In this document: positions 46,347 to 55,831 of the stretch, piece after piece
Layout: every line of letters starts with the position of its first letter
Position numbering within the stretch: position 1 is the stretch's first letter
DNA from: Candidatus Multivorans sp.
Lineage (GTDB): Bacteria > Acidobacteriota > Thermoanaerobaculia > Multivoradales > Multivoraceae
Reading direction: 5' to 3'
NCBI GenBank assembly: GCA_965224025.1
Contig: OZ245033.1
Coordinates: 1,312,001 to 1,376,000 of the forward strand
Length of the DNA: 64,000 bases
Program-made: the position numbers and the translations under genes
The notes under the pieces: model-generated
Seen by the model: only the letters and a program-made list of their open reading frames with translations
Databases searched by the model: none
Told to the model about the DNA's origin: nothing

Positions 46347-47621
46347 TCAGTCGAGGTTCTCGACGATCGCCTGGCCGAATTCGGAGGTCTTGAGCAACGT
46401 CGCTCCCTCCATCTGACGCTCCAGGTCGTAGGTCACGCGCTTCTGGCGGATCGCGCGGCTGATCGCTTTCTCGATCGACTTGCCGGCCTCCTGCCAGCCC
46501 AACCAGTTCAGCATCATCACGCCCGACAGGATGACCGAGCAGGGGTTCACCTTATCCTGGCCGGCGTATTTCGGCGCCGTGCCGTGCGTGGCCTCGAACA
46601 GGGCGACGCCATCGCCCTCGTTGGCGCCAGGCGCCATCCCCAGACCGCCGACCTGAGCCGCGAGAGCGTCCGACAGATAGTCGCCGTTCAGGTTCGTCGT
46701 CGCGATCACGTCGTACTCGTCGGCCCTCAGGAGCACCTGCTGGAACATGGCGTCCGAGATGCGGTCCTTGATCAGAATGCGGCCATCCGGCAGCCGGCCG
46801 TCGTACTTCGCCCACAGATCGTCCTCGCTTACCGTCAAGTTCGCGAACTCCTCGGCCGCGAGTTCGTAGCCCCACTCCTTGAAGGCGCCCTCGGTGAACT
46901 TCATGATGTTGCCCTTGTGCACGAGGGTGACGCTGCCTCGTCCCTGGGCGCGGGCGTATTCGATCGCCTTTCTCACCAGCCGCTTGCTCCCCGTCACCGA
47001 GACCGGCTTGATGCCGACGCCCGAGTCGGCGCGGATCTCCCGGCCGAGTTCCCGCCGCACGAAGTCGATCAGAGCCGCGCTCTCCGGCGTTCCCTGCTGC
47101 CACTCGTGGCCGGCGTACACGTCCTCGGTGTTCTCTCGGAACAGCACCATGTCGACCTTCTCCGGCTCGCGCACCGGCGACGGCACACCCTCGAAGTAGC
47201 GCACGGGGCGTACGCAGGCGTACAGGTCGAGCAGTTGCCGGAGCGCCACGTTCAGGCTGCGGATGCCGCCGCCGACGGGAGTCGTCAGCGGTCCCTTGAT
47301 CGCCACCCGGCAGTACCGGATCGCATCGACGGTCACGGACGGCAGCCATTCCCCGGTCCGCTCCAGGGCCTTCTCCCCGGCCAGAATCTCAAGCCAGGCG
47401 ATGGAACGCCGACCCGAGTACGCCTTCTCCACCGCGGCGTCGATCACCGTCTGGGCCGCACGCCAGATATCGGGGCCGATGCCATCGCCCTCGATGAAGG
47501 GGACGATCGGCTGTTCCGGCACGACCACAACGCCGTCCCGCCAGCCGACCTCCTGACCGCCGGCTGGCGGCTCGACCGGGGGTTCGGTCAAGGCGACCAC
47601 CTCGCGAACGAGAGAACCCAC
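46347..47621 (-). CDS. icd: NADP-dependent isocitrate dehydrogenase
   Basis: [48 protein letters not shown]. Confidence 0.96.
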   Translation of the reverse strand: MGSLVREVVALTEPPVEPPAGGQEVGWRDGVVVVPEQPIVPFIEGDGIGPDIWRAAQTVIDAAVEKAYSGRRSIAWLEILAGEKALERTGEWLPSVTVDAIRYCRVAIKGPLTTPVGGGIRSLNVALRQLLDLYACVRPVRYFEGVPSPVREPEKVDMVLFRENTEDVYAGHEWQQGTPESAALIDFVRRELGREIRADSGVGIKPVSVTGSKRLVRKAIEYARAQGRGSVTLVHKGNIMKFTEGAFKEWGYELAAEEFANLTVSEDDLWAKYDGRLPDGRILIKDRISDAMFQQVLLRADEYDVIATTNLNGDYLSDALAAQVGGLGMAPGANEGDGVALFEATHGTAPKYAGQDKVNPCSVILSGVMMLNWLGWQEAGKSIEKAISRAIRQKRVTYDLERQMEGATLLKTSEFGQAIVENLD

Positions 47622-47786
47622 CTCACGGACTTGCGAGCCGACATCAAGGGACGGACGGACCGAAAACCAAATGAGTCAAGTGCGAAGGCACGACACGGAA
47701 GCTCAGAGCCAAAGCGCGGCGCAGGGTATCACGTTCCGGGCCTGCGGTTCGGGCCGAGCGCCCTGGAGGCTGCTAGGGTGCGGTCC

Positions 47787-48266
47787 ATGAGTGGGCAACC
47801 CGTGTTCCACCTGCCGATACCGGACCACGCCGCCTGCTGGGAGGGCATCGACTGGGAGGCTCTGGTCAACGTCGCGGTCCGTTGCCGCGAACAGGCCTAC
47901 GCCCCCTACAGCGGTTTCAGGGTGGGCGCCGCTCTGCTGGCGGCGGACGGCCGCATCTACGGCGGCTGCAACGTCGAGAACCGCGTGCTCGGCCTGACCC
48001 TCTGTGCCGAGCGCGGCGCGCTGTCGGCCGCGGTCGCGGACGGACGGACTTCATTCCAGGCATTGGCCATCGCTACCACCGCCACACCGCCATGCGCGCC
48101 CTGCGGGCAGTGCCGCGACGCCCTGGCGGAGTTCTCCTGCGACCTGCCCGTGGTATCGGTCACCGTCGGCAACCACGAGGCCGCGAGCTGGAGTCGCTTC
48201 ACACTCCACGATCTCCTGCCCGAACCGTTCGTTCTGGAGGTCCGGAAACCCCGATCCCTGCTCTGA
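47787..48266 (+). CDS. cdd: cytidine deaminase
   Basis: AYAPYSGFRVGAAL, GCNVEN, CAER, PCGQCR. Confidence 0.92.
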   Translation: MSGQPVFHLPIPDHAACWEGIDWEALVNVAVRCREQAYAPYSGFRVGAALLAADGRIYGGCNVENRVLGLTLCAERGALSAAVADGRTSFQALAIATTATPPCAPCGQCRDALAEFSCDLPVVSVTVGNHEAASWSRFTLHDLLPEPFVLEVRKPRSLL

Positions 48267-48368
48267 GGACACAGCGTTGCCGTCCCGGCTTGGTATGCCC
48301 GCGGCCGCGCGGCGCCCTGACCGCGATCAGGCCGCGATGGGCGCCGGCACGGGCGCCCGGGCGAAACC

Positions 48369-48713
48369 TCAGTTCTCGGCTTCGGCGGCCAGAGCCTCGG
48401 CCACGGTGTCGTGGGTCGGGAAGAGAGACGCCACGCCTGCAACGGTCAGCAACTGGACGATCCGCTCGGAGGGCCGGATCAGGATCAGCTTGCGTTCCTC
48501 AGCGCGCAGGCGAACCAGGTAGCCCACGAGCTCTCCAATGCCCGTCGAGTCCATGTAGTTCACGTCCGAGAGGTCGAGCAGGACGTGGCCGTCTCCCTCG
48601 GACAGACTCCGCTTCAACGCGTCGGCAAGGAAACGAGCGCTCTGACCGAGCTTGATCACGCCCTCCACCGCCAGCAGGCTGGAATCGCCGATCTGTCGCT
48701 TGTTGATGATCAT
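48369..48713 (-). CDS. STAS-domain anti-sigma factor antagonist
   Basis: LLDLSDVNYMDSTGIGEL with the phosphorylatable Ser. Confidence 0.88.
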   Translation of the reverse strand: MIINKRQIGDSSLLAVEGVIKLGQSARFLADALKRSLSEGDGHVLLDLSDVNYMDSTGIGELVGYLVRLRAEERKLILIRPSERIVQLLTVAGVASLFPTHDTVAEALAAEAEN

Positions 48714-48768
48714 TCGTGTCGATCGCGGGGGCGATTCCGCCGACCAAGAGCTGCCGAGAAGACCGCGT

Positions 48769-49449
48769 CTACCGACTGAAGCGGCCCACGAAGGAACTGC
48801 GCTTGCCGGGACTCTTCCAGGTGCCTCCCAGGCCCTCTCCCTGCCAACTGTGCTCGAGTGCGACTCCGGGCTCCGCACCGACCGTCGGGGCCAGGGGCGG
48901 GTAGAAGACGGTTTCGTTCCCGCACAGGTGGTCCCGGTGATCGAGAGGCCGGGTCCGCAGCGCCGCGAGCTCGCCTGCGCTCACCGCCGCGGCCCCGTTC
49001 GCCAGAACGTCGAACTCGACCTCCGCTGTCTGAACCTGGGCGATATCCGCGAGCAACTCGCCGCCCATGCCACGCGCGAAACCCTCGAGAGCCCGCCGCT
49101 GCGCCGGGTCCGCATTCGCGTCGACGATGAGGATCGACTCCGCGGCATCGGATTCGGCATAAGGATCGCCGAGTGTGGCTTCCGAGCGCACGACGGCGAG
49201 CACCGAAAGCCCCGACAGATCCACGCCGTCCCAGCCGCCGTCATCGACCCGCCAGGCCATGATCGCCTCGTTGCCGACCAGTCCGACCTCCGAGTTGGCG
49301 AAGCATGGCCCGGTGTAGACATCGGCGGTGCGCGCCTCGACGTAGGTACCCGATATCCCCAGCCCGGCCCCCAGCGCCACGGCGGGAAGAAGCAGACCTA
49401 GTGCAACCAGTGCGGCCGCGTGCAGGCGATGCGTTTCGGCAAGTCTCAT
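48769..49449 (-). CDS. exported DUF1326-like protein
   Basis: Signal peptide; G.YVEARTADVYTGPCFANSE, AWRV..G...GVDLSGL. Confidence 0.7.
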   Translation of the reverse strand: MRLAETHRLHAAALVALGLLLPAVALGAGLGISGTYVEARTADVYTGPCFANSEVGLVGNEAIMAWRVDDGGWDGVDLSGLSVLAVVRSEATLGDPYAESDAAESILIVDANADPAQRRALEGFARGMGGELLADIAQVQTAEVEFDVLANGAAAVSAGELAALRTRPLDHRDHLCGNETVFYPPLAPTVGAEPGVALEHSWQGEGLGGTWKSPGKRSSFVGRFSR

Positions 49450-49694
49450 GTCGAACCTCCGTAACGTTGGAAGCAACTGCGGCCCTCCCGGCAATGTTCC
49501 CTTGACGCTACCGCGCCGTCGGGTCCGAGACAGTTCATGCTGTGGGTACACCAGACGAAACCGTCGTCGATTTCGTGCTGCGGATCCACGTCGGCGGCCG
49601 GATCCGCCGGGGCGAGGGCCATGAACATCGTCTTCCAGCGCAGCCTTCGGCACAGTTCCGGGGCCCCGGCAGCCCCATCGAGTCGGTCAGCCAT
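49446..49694 (-). CDS. small Cys-rich protein in the molybdoenzyme operon
   Basis: C.RLRWK, WC..SMNCLGPDG, C..GRSCF; SD GGAGG; ATGA overlap with the next gene. Confidence 0.65.
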   Translation of the reverse strand: MADRLDGAAGAPELCRRLRWKTMFMALAPADPAADVDPQHEIDDGFVWCTHSMNCLGPDGAVASREHCREGRSCFQRYGGST

Positions 49695-49698
49695 CGCG

Positions 49699-50673
49699 TC
49701 AGGCCTCCATCCCGGCAGCGCGCAGCAGCGCACGCCTCACTGCAACCGTGGCAAGTTGAATCTTGTACCGATTACCGCTCATCGGCCGGGCGCCCTCCAC
49801 CGCCGCCTCGGCGGCTTCAACGATCCGTTCCGGCGTCAGTTCGCGACCAGCCAGCAGGTCACCGGCCGCGGGCGCGAGCCGGGGAGTCGGAGCCGCGTGG
49901 CCCAGCACGATCCGCGCCCGCTCCACCAACGGCCCTTCCCCGTACAGGGAGACCGCGGCGGCCATCAGCGGCCAGTCCAGGGACCGGCGCTGCCGAACCT
50001 CGTACACGGCCGAGCGGGCAGCGCCGACACTTGCCGTCACCTCGACCAACAGCTCACCGGGCTTCAACGTATTCTCACGCTCTCCTTCAGCCCGCGGTGC
50101 CCGGTACAGCGCCTCGACCGGCACGCGCCGCTCACCGTCCGGTCCGTGGACTGTCGCTTCCGCCTCGAGCGCGATCAGGAGCGGCGCCAGACTCGAGGGA
50201 CTGACGAAGCGTGCATCGCCCTGCGGGAAGATCGCGTGGTAGCGGTTGTCGCCTTCGGTGACCATCGAGCGACCGTTCTCTCCTTGCGCGAGCAGACCGA
50301 AGCCACGCCGGTAGTACCAGCATCGCGGACGTTGGAGCAGATCGCCGCCGACCGTGCCCATCGCCCGCAACTGCGCACTGGCCACACCGTCGATCGCGGT
50401 TCCGAGCGCCGGCACGGCGGCCATCGCATCGGCGTGGTCCCGCAACTCCTGCAACGTCGTCATCGAACCGATCCGGAGCCGGCCGCCAGAGGCGTCGATG
50501 CCGGACAGGTCTTCGATGCCGCGCAGCGCGACGAGCCGTTCAACCTGCTCGACATCGTCCTTGAGCAGGCTCAGGAGGTCCGTTCCGCCCGCGAGGACCT
50601 CGCTGCCCTCCGCTTCCAGCAGGCTCACTGCCTGCTCAACCGTCGCGGGAGCCGCGTAGCGGAAGGGTCGCAT
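49699..50673 (-). CDS. xanthine dehydrogenase-family FAD-binding subunit (PaoB/YagS-like)
   Basis: MRPFRY..P, LAGGTDLL, ASAQLRAMGTVGGDLLQRPRC, NRYKI. Confidence 0.9.
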   Translation of the reverse strand: MRPFRYAAPATVEQAVSLLEAEGSEVLAGGTDLLSLLKDDVEQVERLVALRGIEDLSGIDASGGRLRIGSMTTLQELRDHADAMAAVPALGTAIDGVASAQLRAMGTVGGDLLQRPRCWYYRRGFGLLAQGENGRSMVTEGDNRYHAIFPQGDARFVSPSSLAPLLIALEAEATVHGPDGERRVPVEALYRAPRAEGERENTLKPGELLVEVTASVGAARSAVYEVRQRRSLDWPLMAAAVSLYGEGPLVERARIVLGHAAPTPRLAPAAGDLLAGRELTPERIVEAAEAAVEGARPMSGNRYKIQLATVAVRRALLRAAGMEA

Positions 50674-52802
50674 CAGGCAATGCCCCCACGGCCCGCCAGC
50701 GCGTCCAGCACACGGTCCGGCGTCAGCGGCAGATAGGGCACGCGCACGCCGATTGCGTTCGCCACCGCGTTGCTGATCGCGGCCCCGGGCGAGATCACGG
50801 GCGGCTCTCCCAGGCCGATCACGCCCCGTTCGTCGTACCCGGGGCCGGTCATCATGTGCACTTCCAGCGATCCGACATCCAGGAGACCCGCCAGCTTGTA
50901 GAACTCCATGTCCGCGTTCAGCAGGCGCCCGGTGACAGGATCCGGAATCCACTCTTCGAACAGCGCGTAGCCGACACCCATGATCAGTCCGCCGTAGACC
51001 TGGCTCTCCGCCAGCCGCCGGTTGACGATCAGGCCGCAGTCCTGCACCGCGATCATCCGCTCGACGTGGACCACGCCGGTGTCCATGTCCACCTCGACTT
51101 CCGCGATCTGCACGCCGCCGACGCCGCTCGAAATCAGCCGTCCAGGGCCCGGGTTGCGCCCCTGGGCGCTGACGGGCGCGCCACCGATCCGCGATGCGGC
51201 TTCGGTCCAGGACATCCCGCGCGACGGCTCGCCTTCCACGAACACGCGGCCGCCGGCCGCCGTCAACTGCTCCGGGTCCGCCTCCAGCCCGGGCGCGACT
51301 CGCGTCAGAACCTCGCGCAGGGCGTCCTGCGCCGCTCGACGGGTCGAGGCGCAGACTCCGCCGACCGTCGAACTGCCACCGGACGGACCCGACTGCGGGA
51401 ACCGGTTGTCGCCCAGGGATACCCGCACCTGGGGCAATTCGAGGCCGAACGTCTCGGCCAGCACCTGGGCAACGATCGTGCGCGTCCCCGTACCGATGTC
51501 CTGGGAGCCGAGCCGGGCCTCCACCGCGCCGTCGGGATGCACGGTCACGTCGCAGTTGCTCGCATGGCCGCGCCCGCCCCAGGTGTGAATCGAAACGCCC
51601 AGGCCGCGCTGGAGAGCGCTGTCCCGGGACCTCTTGCGCGGCTGCCAGCGTTCCTTCCACCCGGCCATCCCGGCGGCGATCCCAAGTTCTTCCCGATACA
51701 CGTCGGCGCGGCCGGTGAACTCGAGGTTACGGTCCAGGAACTCGATCGGGTCGAGGTCCAGCTCATTCGCCAGATCATCCAGGCTGGCCATCGTCAGGAA
51801 GCACGCCTGGGGATGATTGGGCGCCCGCCAGGCCCGCGATCCGGCCAGGTTGGTCGGCACGGACGTGTGGCGGAGGCGCCGGTTCGGCAACCTGCTGAAT
51901 ACATACGGCAGCGGCGTCTGGCCGGTGCCCGGCAAGCCGCCCGAGCCCCAGGAGTCCGAATCCCAGGCCACCAGCTTGCCATGCTCGTCCGCCGCCACCC
52001 GGACCCAGGCGAAAGCGGACGGCCGGCTCCCGGCCACCGACACTTCCTGGTCCCGGTCCAGGAACAGCTTGACCGGCGCGCCGGCCTTGCGAGCGAGTTC
52101 CGCACCGACGATCCCCCAGCGGTCCGGTGAGAACTTGGAGCCGAAGCCGCCGCCCATGTACTCGGTCCGGATCCGCACCTGGGTCGCCGGTATGCCGAGT
52201 TCCGAGGCGAACTGGCCCGCCAGAGTGGAGACCGCCTGCGTCGAGGCATGAACCTCGAGTTCGTCACCGTCCCAGGCCGCGACCTGACCGTGCGGTTCGA
52301 GACACATGTGGGCCATCTGCGGCATCCCGAGCGTCTGCTCCACCGTACGATGGGCGGAGGCGAAGGCGGCGTCCGGATCTCCGTCGGTGCGCTCGGAACC
52401 CGGCTGGGCCGCCGGCGCGCGGTCGCGGTACTTCTCCGTGACGAAGTGAGGCAGGACCTCGTACTCGACCTGGATCGCACGCAGCGCGTCGCGGGCAATG
52501 TCCTCGGTGTCGGCAGCGACCGCGGCCACCTCGTCGCCCGCCCACTGGATCTCGGAACCCTCGCCCTGGATCACGTGGACGACGCGCACGCCGGGAATCG
52601 CTTCCGCCGCCGATGTGTCGAGCGCCACGATCCGGGCATGGGCGTGAGGACAGGTCAGGATCTTCGCGGCCAGAAGGCCCGGCGGATTCTGGTCCGACGG
52701 GTATCTGGCGAAGCCGGTCGACTTGACCGGACCGTCCAGGCGGGCCGGGCGGCCGCCGATCTGCCCTCTACGGTCCGCCTCGGGCCAGGAGTAGTCAGCC
52801 AC
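50673..52802 (-). CDS. xanthine dehydrogenase-family molybdopterin-binding subunit (PaoC-like)
   Basis: DG..K.TG.ARY, GGGFGSK, AWRAP, QDIGTGT, GLGEP catalytic Glu. Confidence 0.92.
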   Translation of the reverse strand: MADYSWPEADRRGQIGGRPARLDGPVKSTGFARYPSDQNPPGLLAAKILTCPHAHARIVALDTSAAEAIPGVRVVHVIQGEGSEIQWAGDEVAAVAADTEDIARDALRAIQVEYEVLPHFVTEKYRDRAPAAQPGSERTDGDPDAAFASAHRTVEQTLGMPQMAHMCLEPHGQVAAWDGDELEVHASTQAVSTLAGQFASELGIPATQVRIRTEYMGGGFGSKFSPDRWGIVGAELARKAGAPVKLFLDRDQEVSVAGSRPSAFAWVRVAADEHGKLVAWDSDSWGSGGLPGTGQTPLPYVFSRLPNRRLRHTSVPTNLAGSRAWRAPNHPQACFLTMASLDDLANELDLDPIEFLDRNLEFTGRADVYREELGIAAGMAGWKERWQPRKRSRDSALQRGLGVSIHTWGGRGHASNCDVTVHPDGAVEARLGSQDIGTGTRTIVAQVLAETFGLELPQVRVSLGDNRFPQSGPSGGSSTVGGVCASTRRAAQDALREVLTRVAPGLEADPEQLTAAGGRVFVEGEPSRGMSWTEAASRIGGAPVSAQGRNPGPGRLISSGVGGVQIAEVEVDMDTGVVHVERMIAVQDCGLIVNRRLAESQVYGGLIMGVGYALFEEWIPDPVTGRLLNADMEFYKLAGLLDVGSLEVHMMTGPGYDERGVIGLGEPPVISPGAAISNAVANAIGVRVPYLPLTPDRVLDALAGRGGIA

Positions 52803-53448
52803 CGACGGTCCCTCCGCCGTGTCCGCCAGCCTGGCCCGGTCCACCGACCACGGCGCGGATGCCCATGTAGGTCCCGCAGCGGCAGAAGTTGCCGCCCAGC
52901 CCGGCTTCAATCTCCTCCTCGCCCGGGGCCGGGTTGCGCGCCAGCAGCGCCGCGGTGGCGACGACGAAGCCCGGCGTGCAGTAGCCGCACTGCTGCGCGT
53001 CGTTCTCGACGAAGGCGCGCTGGACCTCGTGCATGGCTTCCGGCGAGCCCAGTCCCTCGACGGTCGTGATGCTGCGCCCGGCGGACTCGATCAACAGGCG
53101 GCTGCACGCGTAGATCGGCTGGCCGTCCTCGATCACTGTGCAGGCGCCGCAGGTGCCGCGGTCGCAGACTTTCTTCGGGCCTGTCGTGTCCAGGACATCC
53201 CGCAGCCCGTCGAGCAGCGTGACCCGCGGCTCGACTTCCAGGCGGCGGACGGCGCCGTTCACTTCAAGTTCGACCTCGACCGGGTCCGGCCCGACGTTTC
53301 GGACGCCGTCTGCATCCGTCGCCGCAGCCGCGGCAGCCGCGTCGCCCGGCAGCAGCCCCGCCGCCAGACCACCCGAGAGGGCCCCGGCGGCGCCGCCACG
53401 CAGGAACGACCGGCGAGAGAATCCGGAGCCCTTTGCGTCGTCGCTCAC
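52795..53448 (-). CDS. Tat-exported (2Fe-2S)-binding subunit (PaoA-like)
   Basis: SRRSFL twin-arginine signal; CDRGTCGAC, QCGYC, CRC. Confidence 0.92.
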   Translation of the reverse strand: MSDDAKGSGFSRRSFLRGGAAGALSGGLAAGLLPGDAAAAAAATDADGVRNVGPDPVEVELEVNGAVRRLEVEPRVTLLDGLRDVLDTTGPKKVCDRGTCGACTVIEDGQPIYACSRLLIESAGRSITTVEGLGSPEAMHEVQRAFVENDAQQCGYCTPGFVVATAALLARNPAPGEEEIEAGLGGNFCRCGTYMGIRAVVGGPGQAGGHGGGTVGG

Positions 53449-53525
53449 GCGTCTTTCCTTCCAGTGAGAGCTACCCACTCTAGCAGCCGGAGCAGCCCCT
53501 TGCGCACGCTCCCGGACCGCATCGC

Positions 53526-54650
53526 CTAGGGCTGCACCGCGCCCGAATCCCGATGCCGCAGCCGACTGCACACCTCGACGAACTGCGACAGGCCGTCCGC
53601 GGTGAGCATTCCCCGTAGCTCCTGGTCCCGGACCACCCAGAGCGCTCGCGCCGAGCTTTGCAACTGCCGCAGCACCTCCATCAGGTCGCAGTCCTCGGTC
53701 ACGGTCAGCGGCTGGCGGTTCATCAGCTCGAGCAGCGGGGTGTCGCCCGGGCAACGGGCGACCAGGTCGAGCAGGCGCTCGCGGTCCACCTCGCCCGCGA
53801 CCCGTCCCCAACCATCCACGACCGGGAACTGCCGCTGGGTCGTGGAGAGCAGGAGGCGCACCGCCCACTCGATCGTGTCCTGCGGCGCCAGCCGTTCGCA
53901 GCGGGTCATCATCGCCTCGCCGGCGCGGCGACCCTGCAGGACCTGCAGCGTCCGCACCAGGGAGGATTCGCGGCTCGCACCGACGAGCACGAAGAAGGCG
54001 GTCAGAAGCAGCAGAATGCTGAACGCCATGCCCCCCGGCCACGGCACGAGCGCCGCCACACCGAGCAGCGCGGCCAGCACCATCCCCAGCCGGGTCGCGA
54101 TCTTGGTCGCCCGTTCCTGACCCAGGAAGGAGGACAGCGCCGAGCGGAGGATACGGCCGCCGTCGAGGGGAAACGCGGGTAGCAGATTGAGCGCGAACAG
54201 GCACAGATTGCCGAACAGCAACCACTGCAGCGCCGAAGGCAGGTCGACGACGGGGCCGACGCCCCACGGCGGCAGTCCGGCCAACACCAGCCCGAAGAAA
54301 AGCGTCGTCGCCAGACCCAGGTTCACCAGCGGACCGGCCGCCGCGATCGCCAACTCGGCCCTGCCCTGCGGATAACCGTCCAGACGGGCCACGCCCCCGA
54401 TCGGCGTCAAGACGATCTCGCGCGTCTCGATCCCGTACCGGCGAGCTGTCAGCGCGTGGCCGAACTCGTGAACGACGACGCTCGCCAACAACCCCACGAC
54501 AACCAGGCCGACCATCGCAACGCTGCTCTGCATGTCCGGCGCCAGCACCGCCAGCCAGACCAGGAGCAGGATGAACGTGAAATGGACCCGCACGCGGATG
54601 CCGAACAGGTTGAACATCGGAAACGCGAGCCTGCCGATCAACGGTCTCAT
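53526..54650 (-). CDS. site-2 protease (M50) with CBS domains
   Basis: HEFGH, AAGPLVN, NLLPAFPLDGGR, C-terminal CBS pair. Confidence 0.9.
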   Translation of the reverse strand: MRPLIGRLAFPMFNLFGIRVRVHFTFILLLVWLAVLAPDMQSSVAMVGLVVVGLLASVVVHEFGHALTARRYGIETREIVLTPIGGVARLDGYPQGRAELAIAAAGPLVNLGLATTLFFGLVLAGLPPWGVGPVVDLPSALQWLLFGNLCLFALNLLPAFPLDGGRILRSALSSFLGQERATKIATRLGMVLAALLGVAALVPWPGGMAFSILLLLTAFFVLVGASRESSLVRTLQVLQGRRAGEAMMTRCERLAPQDTIEWAVRLLLSTTQRQFPVVDGWGRVAGEVDRERLLDLVARCPGDTPLLELMNRQPLTVTEDCDLMEVLRQLQSSARALWVVRDQELRGMLTADGLSQFVEVCSRLRHRDSGAVQP

Positions 54651-55831
54651 CCCACGCGCCTCCTGCCGGCTTCTCCGGCGCCGCTCAGCAGCCCGGCGAG
54701 CCGTTCCAGCCCCGAGACCAGCATCCGGTCGCTGCAGGCGTACGACAGACGAATGTGGCCCTCGCAGCCGAAAGCCGAACCGGGGGTCGTGGCCACGCCG
54801 GCCTCATCGAGCAGACGTCGACTGAACGCCGCGGAGTCAGGACAGTCCTCGTCGAACCAGGCGCTCACGTCCGGGAACGCGTAGAAGGCGCCGGCCGGCG
54901 GCGGGCACACGACGCCCGGAATCCGGTCCAGCTCCGCCAGCAGGAGCCGGCGACGCCGTGCGCAAGCCGCCACCAGGTCTGCCGCCTCGGGCGGTTCGCT
55001 CTCGAGCACCGCCTCGGCGCCGGCCATCGCGAACGAGGTCGCGTTCGAGGTCACGTGGCTCTGCACCGCGGCCGCTGCGGCGACCACCGAAGGAGCGCCG
55101 AGCAGGTAGCCGAGCCGCCATCCGGTCATCGCGTACGTCTTCGAGAAGGAGCCCACGAGGACGACCGTCTCCGGATACCTCGCCGCCAGGGACGCCACGC
55201 TGGCGTGCCGCTTGCCGTCGTAGACGAACCGCTCGTACGTCTCGTCGGAGACCAGCAGGGCGTTCCGCTCGGCGCAGGCGGCCGCGATCCGTTCCAGATC
55301 GAGGATCGACACGACCGCGCCCGTCGGATTGCAGGGCGAGTTGACGATCACCGCGCGCGTACGTTCCGACATCGCCTCGAGCAGCGGTTGGGCCCGGATC
55401 GCGAAGCCGTCGGCGGCCGCCATCGGCACCGTGACCGCCTCAGCACCCGCAAGCCTCACCTGGGCCGGGATGCTGACCCAGGCCGGCGTCGGCACGACGA
55501 CCTCGTCGCCCGCGGACAGAGACGCTTTGGCGAGCTGGTACAGGGCAGCCTTGGCGCCCACGGTGACCAGCACGTTGGCCGCGCCCCAGGGTGCTCCCCG
55601 GGCAGCGTACCGGGCCGCGAGGCCGGCTCTGAGTTCGGGCGTGCCTTCGAGCACCGTATACTTCGTCCGGCCCTCGTCGAGGGCTCGTTGTGCAGCCTTT
55701 ACCGCTGTCTCCGGCGAGGGGAAGTCGGGCTCTCCGGCTCCCAGGTCGAACACCTCGACCCCCTCGCGGCGCAGCTCGGCCACCCGCCGGGAGACAGCCA
55801 TCGTCGCCGACTCGCGCTCACCGGAAGGCAT
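54647..55831 (-). CDS. class I PLP-dependent aminotransferase (AspC-like)
   Basis: GEPDF, NSPCNPTG, SDETY, SFSKTYAMTGWRLGY. Confidence 0.93.
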   Translation of the reverse strand: MPSGERESATMAVSRRVAELRREGVEVFDLGAGEPDFPSPETAVKAAQRALDEGRTKYTVLEGTPELRAGLAARYAARGAPWGAANVLVTVGAKAALYQLAKASLSAGDEVVVPTPAWVSIPAQVRLAGAEAVTVPMAAADGFAIRAQPLLEAMSERTRAVIVNSPCNPTGAVVSILDLERIAAACAERNALLVSDETYERFVYDGKRHASVASLAARYPETVVLVGSFSKTYAMTGWRLGYLLGAPSVVAAAAAVQSHVTSNATSFAMAGAEAVLESEPPEAADLVAACARRRRLLLAELDRIPGVVCPPPAGAFYAFPDVSAWFDEDCPDSAAFSRRLLDEAGVATTPGSAFGCEGHIRLSYACSDRMLVSGLERLAGLLSGAGEAGRRRVG

